A stretch of 64,000 nt of DNA, from NCBI GenBank assembly GCA_028345575.1, contig JAOMDR010000003.1:8777-72776 (forward strand), in the 5' to 3' direction. The notes beneath the pieces are model-generated. The model saw only the letters and a list, made by a program, of their open reading frames with translations, searched no databases and was not told the origin of the DNA. Each line of letters begins with the position of its first letter. Position 1 is the stretch's first letter. The translations under genes were made by a program, and so were the position numbers. Source of the DNA: Candidatus Nitrosopelagicus sp. GTDB taxonomy: Archaea; Thermoproteota; Nitrososphaeria; Nitrososphaerales; Nitrosopumilaceae. Shown here piece after piece: positions 38,857 through 48,481 of this stretch.

Positions 38857-39459
38857 TTACTTAATTTCGGATATGATTGTCTTAAATTCCGATAATTTAC
38901 TTGATAATTGTTCTACACTTGACAATATGATATGTTTAGGACTTAGTGCACCTGTAGATTCTACTGTTAAGACTTTTTCATCATCTTTTTCAGTATCCGT
39001 TAATGTTACAATATTTGCTGAGTTCCATCGTGCATGTTCAGTTCCTTTACCTAATCTTGCATATGCTTCGAATTTTATTGATTGACCCGGTGCAAGAGTA
39101 ACTATTGGAATATCATTTGAAGTAGGAACGACGCTCTCATCTTGTGATTTTAATTCACCTGAAAGAATTGTTCTTGTTTCATCTGAAACGCCTGAATCTA
39201 ATGTAAGCATGATTTTATCATTTTCATTTCCATCTTTAGATGCACTCAAATCTGTTTTTAATGGAATTAATCCTACTCTGTGAGCTACACCTTCATCTGC
39301 TAAAACTGATGAATTTTCCAAAACATCAATACTTTCAACTGCATAAATTGGAACACCATTCAAACAAATTCTTCTTAATGCATTGGCATATTGAAGTGGT
39401 ATACCCTTTATCTTCACAGATACTTTTTCATCATTTTCATTGGTAATTTCTAGAGACAA
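38857..39459 (-). CDS. rpoD: DNA-directed RNA polymerase subunit Rpo3 (D)
   Basis: ANALRR, ENSSVL.DE..AHR.GLIP, A.LG.G.EHARW, VESTG. Confidence 0.95.
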   Translation of the reverse strand: MSLEITNENDEKVSVKIKGIPLQYANALRRICLNGVPIYAVESIDVLENSSVLADEGVAHRVGLIPLKTDLSASKDGNENDKIMLTLDSGVSDETRTILSGELKSQDESVVPTSNDIPIVTLAPGQSIKFEAYARLGKGTEHARWNSANIVTLTDTEKDDEKVLTVESTGALSPKHIILSSVEQLSSKLSEFKTIISEIK

Positions 39460-39544
39460 ATCTTAATCAAAAAACAGGATGTAGTAATAAAAATGTAGAC
39501 TTATTTCATCAGAGATAAATACGAATTACTTTGATCTATAAAAT

Positions 39545-40231
39545 ATGGATAAAGTCACGGTTGTAAAATACAGCTATGCGAATGAAAAATTTGAGATATT
39601 GGTGAAGCCTGATCCTGCATTTGATTATAAATTAGGCAAAATTTCTGAAATCTCCAAAATTCTTGTCTCTGATGAAATATACACTGATTCCGGAAAAGGA
39701 ACACGCGCATCAAATGAGTTACTTGTTAAAGTCTTCAAAACTGAAGATACTACAAAAATAGCTGAAATAATGATGCAAAAAGGTGAATTGAATCTTAACA
39801 CGGAACAAAGAAAAAAGATGACTACTGACAAACGAAAACAAATCATTACTTTCATTGCAAAAACGTACGTTGACCCAAAAACACACCTTCCACATCCCCC
39901 ATTAAGAATTGAACAAGCAATGATTGATGGACGCGTCTCTATAGATCCTTTCAAAAATGCTGATGAACAAATTAAAGATATTGTTGAAAAATTAAGACCT
40001 ATCATTCCTTTGAAAACTGAAAACCTAACTCTTGAAATATCGGTTCCTGCACAATTTGTGGCGCAATCTTACACTGTTTTAAAATCAACTGGAAGTTTGA
40101 AAAAAGAAGATTGGCAACCAAATGGCTCATTAAAAGCAATACTTGAAATACCCGCTGCCGCAAGACCAAACGTGATAGACAGACTAGGTGCAATTACAAA
40201 GGGTACTGCTAATGTTGAGGTACAAAAATGA
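39545..40231 (+). CDS. Ribosome maturation factor SBDS/SDO1
   Basis: KFEI.V, D..KG..A, DPKT.LPHP..RIE.A; head of the exosome superoperon. Confidence 0.93.
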   Translation: MDKVTVVKYSYANEKFEILVKPDPAFDYKLGKISEISKILVSDEIYTDSGKGTRASNELLVKVFKTEDTTKIAEIMMQKGELNLNTEQRKKMTTDKRKQIITFIAKTYVDPKTHLPHPPLRIEQAMIDGRVSIDPFKNADEQIKDIVEKLRPIIPLKTENLTLEISVPAQFVAQSYTVLKSTGSLKKEDWQPNGSLKAILEIPAAARPNVIDRLGAITKGTANVEVQK

Positions 40232-40908
40232 CTGGTGAAAGAAAACGTCATGTAATTCCTGGCGAAGTAATCACATCTGGTTCTTACAGAGCTGAGCAAA
40301 ATACCATTCAAGTTGGTGAAAATATTGTATCAACTATTGTTGGTTTATCTGATATACACGATGGCAGTGTTAGAGTAATTCCATTAACTGGTGGCTACAT
40401 GCCAAAAGATGATGATTTAGTGATTGGAAAAATAGCATCTCATTCTTCATTATCTTGGACTGCAGACATTAATTCTTGTTATGTTGGAATGCTTCCAGCA
40501 AGTGATGTTTTTGGTAGAGATTATTCTTCAAGTTCTGATGATATGACTGCTAAGCTAGCTAAAGGTGATTTAATTGCTGCAAGAATTGTAAATGCTGATA
40601 TGACTCGTGATCCACTTATTACAATTAGCGGTCGTGAATTAGGTAAGATTGATTCAGGTGAATTAGTAAAAATTTCTCCAAATAAAGTACCACGATTAAT
40701 TGGTAAACGTGGCTCAATGATACAGATGATTGAATCATCAACTAATAGTCAAGTTACTATCGGTCAAAATGGATTACTTGTTGTTTCTTCAGAAGATCCA
40801 AATGGATTATTAAAGGCGATACAAGCAATTGAATTGATCGAAGAACAAGCACATGTTGCAAATTTAACTGATCAAGTAAATGAAATGTTGGAATCAAAAA
40901 GTGAATAA
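40228..40908 (+). CDS. rrp4: Exosome RNA-binding subunit Rrp4
   Basis: S1 + KH domains, KVPRLIGK.GSMI, IGQNG. Confidence 0.93.
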   Translation: MTGERKRHVIPGEVITSGSYRAEQNTIQVGENIVSTIVGLSDIHDGSVRVIPLTGGYMPKDDDLVIGKIASHSSLSWTADINSCYVGMLPASDVFGRDYSSSSDDMTAKLAKGDLIAARIVNADMTRDPLITISGRELGKIDSGELVKISPNKVPRLIGKRGSMIQMIESSTNSQVTIGQNGLLVVSSEDPNGLLKAIQAIELIEEQAHVANLTDQVNEMLESKSE

Positions 40909-40910
40909 AA

Positions 40911-41648
40911 ATGGGCGGAAGAGACACAGATATTGTATTATTAGATGAAAACGGAATTCGTTGTGACGGACGTAAAGTCAACGAAACCAGAAAAGTTACC
41001 ATCAAAGCAGGTGTTTTAAAAAATGCTAACGGTTCTGCATACATTGAATTTGGCGATAATAAAATTCTCGTAGGCGTTTACGGTCCTAGAGACGTACATC
41101 CAAAACATATGTCTGATACTGACACCGGAATCTTAAGATGTAGATATCACATGGCTCCATTTTCTGTAGGAGAGAGAAAAAATCCTGCACCATCAAGAAG
41201 AGAAGTTGAAATTAGTAAAGTCATCAAAGAAGCATTAGAACCTGCAGTTATGCTAAAAGAATTTCCTAGAACTGCAGTTGATGTTTACATGGAAGTATTA
41301 CAAGCAGATGGTGGTACAAGATGTGCTGCATTAACTGGCGCATCTGTTGCATTAGCTGACGCTGGAATTCCTATGCGTGATTTGGTAGCCGGATGTGCTG
41401 CAGGTAAAGCTGCAGATGCTGTAATATTGGATGTAAATAATGAAGAAGACCAAGCAGGTCAGGCAGATCTTCCAATTGGATATATGCCAAATTTGAAAAA
41501 GATTACTCTATTACAATTAGACGGTGTATTGACTCCTGAAGAGTATAAACAATGTATTGAAATTGGAATTGATGGTTGTAATCAAGTTTATGAAATACAG
41601 AAAAAAGCGTTACAAGACAAGTTCTTTGCAAGTGGTGAAAAACAATGA
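40911..41648 (+). CDS. rrp41: Exosome exonuclease Rrp41
   Basis: RNase PH fold, GSAY.E.G, Y.MAPFS..ER, ADGGTR. Confidence 0.96.
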   Translation: MGGRDTDIVLLDENGIRCDGRKVNETRKVTIKAGVLKNANGSAYIEFGDNKILVGVYGPRDVHPKHMSDTDTGILRCRYHMAPFSVGERKNPAPSRREVEISKVIKEALEPAVMLKEFPRTAVDVYMEVLQADGGTRCAALTGASVALADAGIPMRDLVAGCAAGKAADAVILDVNNEEDQAGQADLPIGYMPNLKKITLLQLDGVLTPEEYKQCIEIGIDGCNQVYEIQKKALQDKFFASGEKQ

Positions 41649-42451
41649 GTGACGGCCTAATTATTGATCAATTAAAGAAGAATCAAATTCTCGATTTACT
41701 TAAAGAGGGAAAGCGTGTTGATGGTCGTCAATTTGACGAACCGCGTAAATTAACTATAGACATTGGTGTAATTCCAAAGGCTGAAGGATCTGCACGTGCA
41801 AGATTAGGTGATACTGAAGTTGTTGCTGGTGTAAAAGTTCAACCTGAACGTCCATTTCCAGATACTGGAGATAAAGGAATGCTAATTTGTACTGCAGAAA
41901 TTTTACCAATAGCACATCCAACTGCAGAAACCGGTCCTCCACAACCACCTGTTGTTGAATTAGCAAGAGTCACTGATAGGGGAATACGAGAAAGTGGAAT
42001 GTTAGATATGAAACAACTTGTTTTAGAAAAAGACAAATCTGTAATTGGTGTGTTCTGTGATAATGCTGTAACTGATCATGATGGTAATTTGTTTGATGCA
42101 TGTTCTTATGCATCAACTGCTGCAATCAATGCATGCAAGATTCCTAAATATGAAATGCAAGATGAAAAACCTGTTAAAATTGAAGGTGAATTTACTGAAC
42201 CTCCTATTACAACCTTGCCTGTATCTGTAACAATGGCAAAAATAGGTGATTTCATCGTGGTTGATCCTACTATTGAAGAATGGGGTATAATGGATTCACG
42301 AATTACAATTACATCTAATTCTGATGGAAATGTGGTTGCACTTCAAAAAGGTGGCTCTGATGGATTCACTCAAGAAGAATTAATCAAATGTGCTGAATTA
42401 TCTGTGAAAGTTGGAAGTAAAATACGAGAGATTATAAAACAATCAAAATAA
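41645..42451 (+). CDS. rrp42: Exosome subunit Rrp42
   Basis: R.DGR..D..R, AEGSA...LG.T, ELARV.DRG.RES, DGNLFDA. Confidence 0.95.
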   Translation: MSDGLIIDQLKKNQILDLLKEGKRVDGRQFDEPRKLTIDIGVIPKAEGSARARLGDTEVVAGVKVQPERPFPDTGDKGMLICTAEILPIAHPTAETGPPQPPVVELARVTDRGIRESGMLDMKQLVLEKDKSVIGVFCDNAVTDHDGNLFDACSYASTAAINACKIPKYEMQDEKPVKIEGEFTEPPITTLPVSVTMAKIGDFIVVDPTIEEWGIMDSRITITSNSDGNVVALQKGGSDGFTQEELIKCAELSVKVGSKIREIIKQSK

Positions 42452-42464
42452 TATTGTGATTAGG

Positions 42465-42674
42465 ATGGCAAAAAAACAAACTACACTAAAAGGTCTTGGC
42501 CCTAGATATGGAATAAAAATTCGAAAATCATTTACTAAAGTTCATCATTTGATGAAAACTAAAAGAAAATGTCCTGAATGTGGAGGTCCGGTTGTTCGTG
42601 AGGCAGTTGGAATTTGGACTTGTAAAAAATGTGGACTAAAAATAGCTGGCACTGCATATGACATTAAGCTTTAG
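42465..42674 (+). CDS. rpl37ae: 50S ribosomal protein L37Ae (eL43)
   Basis: G.RYG..IRK, CPEC...V.R.AVGIW.C.KCG...AG.AY. Confidence 0.95.
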   Translation: MAKKQTTLKGLGPRYGIKIRKSFTKVHHLMKTKRKCPECGGPVVREAVGIWTCKKCGLKIAGTAYDIKL

Positions 42675-42903
42675 TACTAAAATACAATTCTCTTCAGATA
42701 AAGAAAACAAATCAATCTATGATTCAATTAACATTGACAATGAGTTTTATCCTGAAAATCCTACAAAAACAAAAATTTCTCTCGATAAAGAAATTATAAT
42801 TGAACTTGAATCAAACCATTTGCCTCATTTACGTGCAAATTTAAACTCCACATTACGTCTATTACAGGCATCTTATGATACTATAAACTCTGTAAAGACA
42901 TAA
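42658..42903 (+). CDS. pcc1: KEOPS complex subunit Pcc1
   Basis: LRA.LNS.LRL motif; canonical position between rpl37ae and prefoldin beta. Confidence 0.85.
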   Translation: MTLSFSTKIQFSSDKENKSIYDSINIDNEFYPENPTKTKISLDKEIIIELESNHLPHLRANLNSTLRLLQASYDTINSVKT

Positions 42904-42927
42904 TAAAACAATAATAAATCGTAACTT

Positions 42928-43311
42928 ATGTCTGCAGGACAACAAATGCCACCTTGGCTACAAGAGCAAATAGGAAAAATGCAACAATCTCAACAAAATC
43001 TACAGTCAATCTTAATGCAAAAGCAACAAGTTGAGATGGAAAATGCCGAATCTGATAGAGCATTAGAAGAATTAAAAAAAGCAGCCGACGGGGATCAAGT
43101 TTTCAAATATGCTGGTTCAATTCTAATAAAATCTGATAAAAAATCTTTGATTGATGAATTAGAAGAAAAAAAAGAGCTATCTAAAACAAAAACTACTGTA
43201 TTGACAAAACAAGAAGAACGACTAAAAACTAGTCTTCAAGAGCAAGAACAAAAAATTCAAGAGATGCTAAAAAATCCTAACGCACCTAACTCTGATAAAC
43301 CATCATCATAA
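42928..43311 (+). CDS. pfdB: Prefoldin subunit beta
   Basis: Coiled coil - ALEEL.......VFK..G.ILI hairpin - coiled coil. Confidence 0.93.
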   Translation: MSAGQQMPPWLQEQIGKMQQSQQNLQSILMQKQQVEMENAESDRALEELKKAADGDQVFKYAGSILIKSDKKSLIDELEEKKELSKTKTTVLTKQEERLKTSLQEQEQKIQEMLKNPNAPNSDKPSS

Positions 43312-43350
43312 AACCTTAACAAATTTTAACATAGGTTACATTACATAATT

Positions 43351-44037
43351 GTGAAAATTGAAGAATTACGTATTATAGTTGATGAAAGAGAAAAAAAAAG
43401 TGGAATCCCCAAACTCTTATCTTCTATTGGTGTAAAGACTGAAATCAAAACGCTTCCAATAGGGGATTATATTGTTGCTCCTGAAACTATAGTTGAAAGA
43501 AAAACTATCAGCGATTTATTTTCTTCAATATTTGATGGTCGTTTATTTGATCAATGTAGTAGATTGACTGAACATTATCAACATCCAATTTTACTTGTAG
43601 AAGGAAATGTGGATGAAATTGAAGAGTTAACTGACAATCCTCTGATATTTTATGGTGCATTATCTACCGTTGCATTAGACTTTAAGATTCCTGTAATTCC
43701 TACTCCAAGTGCCACGCATACTGCTAAGCTTTTAGTGTCTCTTTCATCGAGAAAAGAACTAACAAAAGGACCATTTCTTAAAAAAATTAAAAAATCTAAT
43801 AATATTGAAAAACAACAACTTTCTGTTCTATGTAGTCTTCCTGGAGTGGCAGAAAAATCTGCAATTCGTTTACTAGAAAAATTTGGAACTCCACTTGATG
43901 CATTATGTGCACCTATAACCGAACTTGCAAAAACACCTGGACTGGGAGAAGCAAAAGCAAAAAAAATTAAAAAAATGCTACAAAATAAGAATAAAATTCA
44001 TAAAAAATCTGGCCAAAAAACATTACATGAATCTTAA
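43351..44037 (+). CDS. xpf: XPF/ERCC4-family structure-specific nuclease (short form with HhH)
   Basis: IVDERE, GDY......VERK...D...S..DGRL..Q, tandem HhH (LPGV, PGLG). Confidence 0.9.
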   Translation: MKIEELRIIVDEREKKSGIPKLLSSIGVKTEIKTLPIGDYIVAPETIVERKTISDLFSSIFDGRLFDQCSRLTEHYQHPILLVEGNVDEIEELTDNPLIFYGALSTVALDFKIPVIPTPSATHTAKLLVSLSSRKELTKGPFLKKIKKSNNIEKQQLSVLCSLPGVAEKSAIRLLEKFGTPLDALCAPITELAKTPGLGEAKAKKIKKMLQNKNKIHKKSGQKTLHES

Positions 44038-44519
44038 ATTGATTTTTTAATTAGTTTTCTATTTAATTTATTCCCGCATATGGGACATTCTTTTTGTTTT
44101 GAAAATTCTTTTCCACACATTGAACAATAACTAATCCATTTTCCAACTGTGCTAATTCCTTTGGTCATAAGTGAAGATGTTTTAATTTTTAGTTGTTTCG
44201 CAACATTTGTAACTGCAAAATCATCTGTGATTAATTCAATATTATTTTCTAATGCTAATGCAATTACTGATACATCTTGTTTGGAAATTGTTGAATTATC
44301 TCCTGTCTTAATTGATACATCTGTTACAATAATGATATTTTCTTCACTAGGATCTCTTATCTGAAGTCTGTTTGTTTGTTGTAGCATTTCAAGTGCACCT
44401 TGTTTTGCTTTGATATGTTCTATTTCTTCATACACCATACTAGTTGTCATAAAGGAATCATTAGATGCAAATGGCATTCCTGAATAGAATGCTGTAGCAT
44501 CTAAAACTCTAAAAACCAA
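44034..44519 (-). CDS. nob1: Nob1-family PIN endonuclease with Zn ribbon
   Basis: VLDATAF, S..D..VIALA, TDDF...N, C..CG...CP.CG. Confidence 0.9.
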   Translation of the reverse strand: MVFRVLDATAFYSGMPFASNDSFMTTSMVYEEIEHIKAKQGALEMLQQTNRLQIRDPSEENIIIVTDVSIKTGDNSTISKQDVSVIALALENNIELITDDFAVTNVAKQLKIKTSSLMTKGISTVGKWISYCSMCGKEFSKQKECPICGNKLNRKLIKKSI

Positions 44520-45324
44520 GTTTATTCATTTGTCTTAGACCTTTTTTCTTTAATCGAACAAAAACTGCTTGATTCTTAAATTTCTTAATAGTAATTTTTT
44601 GATCAACTTCTGAGGATTTGATCATTTGTGCATCCATTACAATATTACAATCATGTGAACAGTTAATCTCAATCTTTTCATCAGGAACAACAATTGATGG
44701 TAATCGGTGTACTGGTGCGACTGGAGTTATAATCAGTACGTCTAAACTTTCATGAAGTAATGGCCCACCAATTGAAAACGAATGACCTGTAGAACCGCTT
44801 GGTGTTGAAATTATAACCCCGTCCATCTTTTGTTTTACTGTATCATTTTGGAATTTAATCTCAAACTCTGCAGTTTTTGTTAAATTTTTACGATTTACAT
44901 AAATTTCATTCAATGCCGGTGAAAATTCTTCCCCATTACATAATGCTACTACTCTTGTTCGTTTATCCAACCATATTTGATCTTTTATCATTGCAGTAAC
45001 TGCTTCATCAAAATCCTCTAATGTTATTTCTGAAAGAATCCCTCTATTTCCTCCAACATTTATTGTTAAAATTGGTGTTTCATTTCGAAGATTTCTAAAC
45101 GTTCTTAGTGTCGTTCCATCACCTCCTAATGTTACTGCCAAATCTAATTTTATTTTGGATAACTCTTCAAGTGATTCAACTTTTTCAGCTCCTGTAACAT
45201 TAACTGGTGCAATTGTATAGACTTTGATCTTTTTTACAATTAATTTTTTTGAAATCATCTCTGCAGCATCTTCTGAAATCTTTGATCCAAATTTACTTAC
45301 GATTGCGACTTTGTTTAGTTTCAA
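44509..45324 (-). CDS. nadK: NAD(+) kinase
   Basis: LGGDGT.L, ALNE, DGVIISTP.GST..S.S.GGP. Confidence 0.95.
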   Translation of the reverse strand: MKLNKVAIVSKFGSKISEDAAEMISKKLIVKKIKVYTIAPVNVTGAEKVESLEELSKIKLDLAVTLGGDGTTLRTFRNLRNETPILTINVGGNRGILSEITLEDFDEAVTAMIKDQIWLDKRTRVVALCNGEEFSPALNEIYVNRKNLTKTAEFEIKFQNDTVKQKMDGVIISTPSGSTGHSFSIGGPLLHESLDVLIITPVAPVHRLPSIVVPDEKIEINCSHDCNIVMDAQMIKSSEVDQKITIKKFKNQAVFVRLKKKGLRQMNKLGF

Positions 45325-45454
45325 GCAGTATCTCCAACTTTACCACATTTAAAAATGATAGTACCTAATTCATGAATAATTCTCATATTATTGACATTTT
45401 TTTTCATAATTTTCTCGAGAAGGTTTTTAACTAATTGAAAGCGCATTAAAGTAA

Positions 45455-46411
45455 ATGTCCCTCTTACTCAAAGATCGAGTTTACACGATGGAGTCTCAGA
45501 CTGCAAAAAGAGGCGTATACCCATTACACGGATTTAAACTGGGTTTGTATCGTTTACCTTTCAAATTAGATGATCCTCTTGAAATCAAATCTATTCATGA
45601 TGGTTTGAAAAAAGCATTTGAAATGGAAATATATGCTGACCGAATATTTGCTACATACCATTGGTCTGAAGAAAACATGTCTGATCAATTTAATAAAAAC
45701 TATGAAAAGGTTGACTTGAATGTTACAGTAGAAATTGTAACTGGTGATGTTGTTGATATAATTTATCAAATTTGGCCAATTGACAAATTTGGTGATCCAC
45801 ATTGGTTAAAAGATTATAGAAAAAAGGCTGATCATTTTGCAAAGATGGTTACTGATACTATTTTACGCAATACTATACTTGAAGAAAAATTCCGCGCTGC
45901 ATTAATGAAACTTGAAAAAATTTCTGAAAAGGAATCAATCAAAAGATTAGAAGAACTAACACCTTTGGCAATGATTGTTCTTAACGCAAAACCAAAACCT
46001 AAAGTTGCATCCGACGACGAAGAAATTGAAGAAATTGATGAAGCGAACATGGAAGTACCAGATGGTGCAAAGCCTGGACCAATTGATGTTGAGTATAAAT
46101 CAAAAATGAAACAATCTCCATCATTTGAAGCTGAAACTGGTCATGAGATTAAAACTTGGGGTCGAGTTGGTACTGAAAATGGAATTATGGGTGTATGGGG
46201 TGAATTTGTTTCAGTCGATTTCGATATCTGTGTTGCAGATGGTGCGTGCATCGATGCATGTCCAGTAGCAGTTTATGAATTTGCAGAATTTCCTGGAAAT
46301 CCTGCATCTGATAAGAAACCATTGATGTCAAAAGAGCCTGATTGTATTTTCTGCCTTGCATGTGAGGGTGTTTGTCCTCCAAAAGCTATCAAAATCTTTG
46401 AACAAAAGTAA
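45455..46411 (+). CDS. Dicluster ferredoxin with large N-terminal domain
   Basis: C-terminal CVADGAC...CP and CIFCLAC...CP motifs; ~200-aa N-terminal extension. Confidence 0.88.
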   Translation: MSLLLKDRVYTMESQTAKRGVYPLHGFKLGLYRLPFKLDDPLEIKSIHDGLKKAFEMEIYADRIFATYHWSEENMSDQFNKNYEKVDLNVTVEIVTGDVVDIIYQIWPIDKFGDPHWLKDYRKKADHFAKMVTDTILRNTILEEKFRAALMKLEKISEKESIKRLEELTPLAMIVLNAKPKPKVASDDEEIEEIDEANMEVPDGAKPGPIDVEYKSKMKQSPSFEAETGHEIKTWGRVGTENGIMGVWGEFVSVDFDICVADGACIDACPVAVYEFAEFPGNPASDKKPLMSKEPDCIFCLACEGVCPPKAIKIFEQK

Positions 46412-46453
46412 TTTTTTTAATTTCAGATATATAGCACCGATACAAGTTTCAAA

Positions 46454-48481
46454 GTGGTAACATTGGAAGGTAACCCATTCACTCAATTTGTATTTCAAAT
46501 CTTCATATTTTGTGCAATTCTAATTATTGGTTATACCTGTAATTTCTATTATCTTGCATTTTTGTCTAGTCGAAGAAAGGAAGATAATTCCATTATTGAA
46601 GTAGGTGAACCAACAATTACCATTCAATTACCAATCTATAATGAAAAGTATGTTGCGACAAGACTAGTTGATGCAATATGTCAACAAGATTATCCTAAAG
46701 AAAAAATGAAAATCATGGTACTTGATGATTCTGATGATGATACCGTTGAAACAATGTCGGGCACTGTAAAACATTATCAAACCCTTGGTTTTGATATTGA
46801 ACATGTTCGTAGAGGAACACGAACTGGTTACAAGGCTGGTGCTTTAAAACATGCAATGAAATCAACTAAGAGTGAATTTGTTGCAATTTTTGATGCAGAT
46901 TTCATCCCTCCAACATGGTATCTAAAAAAAGCAATGTCTCACTTTACAAGCTCAAACATTGGTCTTGTTCAATGTAGGTGGGGTCATATCAATGAAAATT
47001 ATTCTGCACTCACACAGGCTCAAGCATTAAATTTAGATTTTCATTTCTTGGTAGAACAAAAGGCAAAAAGTAATTCTAAATTATTTATGAATTTTAATGG
47101 AACCGCAGGAATTTGGAGAAAAAAGTGCATTGATGATGCAGGTGGTTGGCATACTGCAACTTTGGTGGAGGATCTGGATCTTAGTTATAGAGCACAAATG
47201 AAAGGTTGGAAATGTTTATTCTTACCTGATATAGTAGTTGATGCTGAACTTCCAGTTCAAATGAATGGTGCAAAGAGACAACAATTTCGTTGGGCCAAAG
47301 GATCAATACAATGTGCTGTAAAATTACTTGGAGATATTCTACTTAAAAGAAAAATAGCATTTGATACCAAACTGCAAGCTTTTATTCAACTTACTCGACA
47401 TATAGTTTTTCCATTAATGTTAATACAATTTATTACACTTCCAATACTTCTCGCATCTGAAGTTAATCTTTACATTGTTAGCTTTTTACCTGCATTAACT
47501 TTGGCAACATATCTTGCTATGGGACCTGGTGCATATCTTCTGGTCATTCACAAAATGTACAAAAATGATTGGAAAGCAAAAGCAAAAGCGCTTCCATATC
47601 TTCTTGTTTATTCAATTGGAATGTCTGTTAATAACACTGTAGCCGTATTTGATGGTGTATTTGGAAAAAAGAATGAATTTCTTAGAACTCCAAAATATGG
47701 AATTGTTAAAAATGATGATGATTGGAGAGATAAAGCATACAATTTACCATTTTCAAAGACAACTTTACTGGAAATGTTCTTTGCTGTGTATGGTATACTT
47801 GGAATATTCATAGCAATTTTTTCCAATAATCCTATCTTTGTGCCTATAATTGCTTTACAGACAGTTGGATTCTTTTACATCTCGTGGCTGAGCTTCTCTC
47901 ATACAAGATATAAAAGACCACAATCCACAAAGCATCAATTAACAAAGGAAGAAAAAATGGCTAATCGTTTCTATAAACTTGCACTCGGCGGAATATTCGC
48001 AATAATCGTAATCGGTGGTTTCATGGCATTCACTGGTTATGCCAATGATGTATATCCTCTTGATCAATCTGTTGGTTTCTTAGACAGAATTGTAGCCACA
48101 TCAGATCCTCAATCAATTATTGCTGACATTAATTCAATCAAAGCAAACCTACCTGCAACTGGAAATCCTGTATGGATCTTTCCAACTGATTCCACTAATT
48201 TCTCTAGAATTCAATCTGATCTAGATACAATGTTAATTAGTGCAGAAAAAATTTCTGCAGTACCTACTGATAGTGCTGCATACCATACTGGAATGTTGGA
48301 TATTAACAGTCGTTCTGTACTTATACAAGAAAACATCTCTGATGCCATACCTTACATGTATGTCAGTTTTTCAAATATAATCTTCAGCTCTATCTGGATT
48401 GCAGCAATCTTAGGAATATTCGCTGTACTCAATAAAAAGAAACAGAAAATGCAGGAATATGATGTTTCACAAGATGTTTAA
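46454..48481 (+). CDS. Processive GT2 glycosyltransferase (cellulose/mannan synthase-like)
   Basis: QLPIYNE, DDS, GYKAGAL, FDADF, FNGTAG, VEDLD, QQFRW (D,D,D,QxxRW), multiple TM helices. Confidence 0.92.
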   Translation: MVTLEGNPFTQFVFQIFIFCAILIIGYTCNFYYLAFLSSRRKEDNSIIEVGEPTITIQLPIYNEKYVATRLVDAICQQDYPKEKMKIMVLDDSDDDTVETMSGTVKHYQTLGFDIEHVRRGTRTGYKAGALKHAMKSTKSEFVAIFDADFIPPTWYLKKAMSHFTSSNIGLVQCRWGHINENYSALTQAQALNLDFHFLVEQKAKSNSKLFMNFNGTAGIWRKKCIDDAGGWHTATLVEDLDLSYRAQMKGWKCLFLPDIVVDAELPVQMNGAKRQQFRWAKGSIQCAVKLLGDILLKRKIAFDTKLQAFIQLTRHIVFPLMLIQFITLPILLASEVNLYIVSFLPALTLATYLAMGPGAYLLVIHKMYKNDWKAKAKALPYLLVYSIGMSVNNTVAVFDGVFGKKNEFLRTPKYGIVKNDDDWRDKAYNLPFSKTTLLEMFFAVYGILGIFIAIFSNNPIFVPIIALQTVGFFYISWLSFSHTRYKRPQSTKHQLTKEEKMANRFYKLALGGIFAIIVIGGFMAFTGYANDVYPLDQSVGFLDRIVATSDPQSIIADINSIKANLPATGNPVWIFPTDSTNFSRIQSDLDTMLISAEKISAVPTDSAAYHTGMLDINSRSVLIQENISDAIPYMYVSFSNIIFSSIWIAAILGIFAVLNKKKQKMQEYDVSQDV

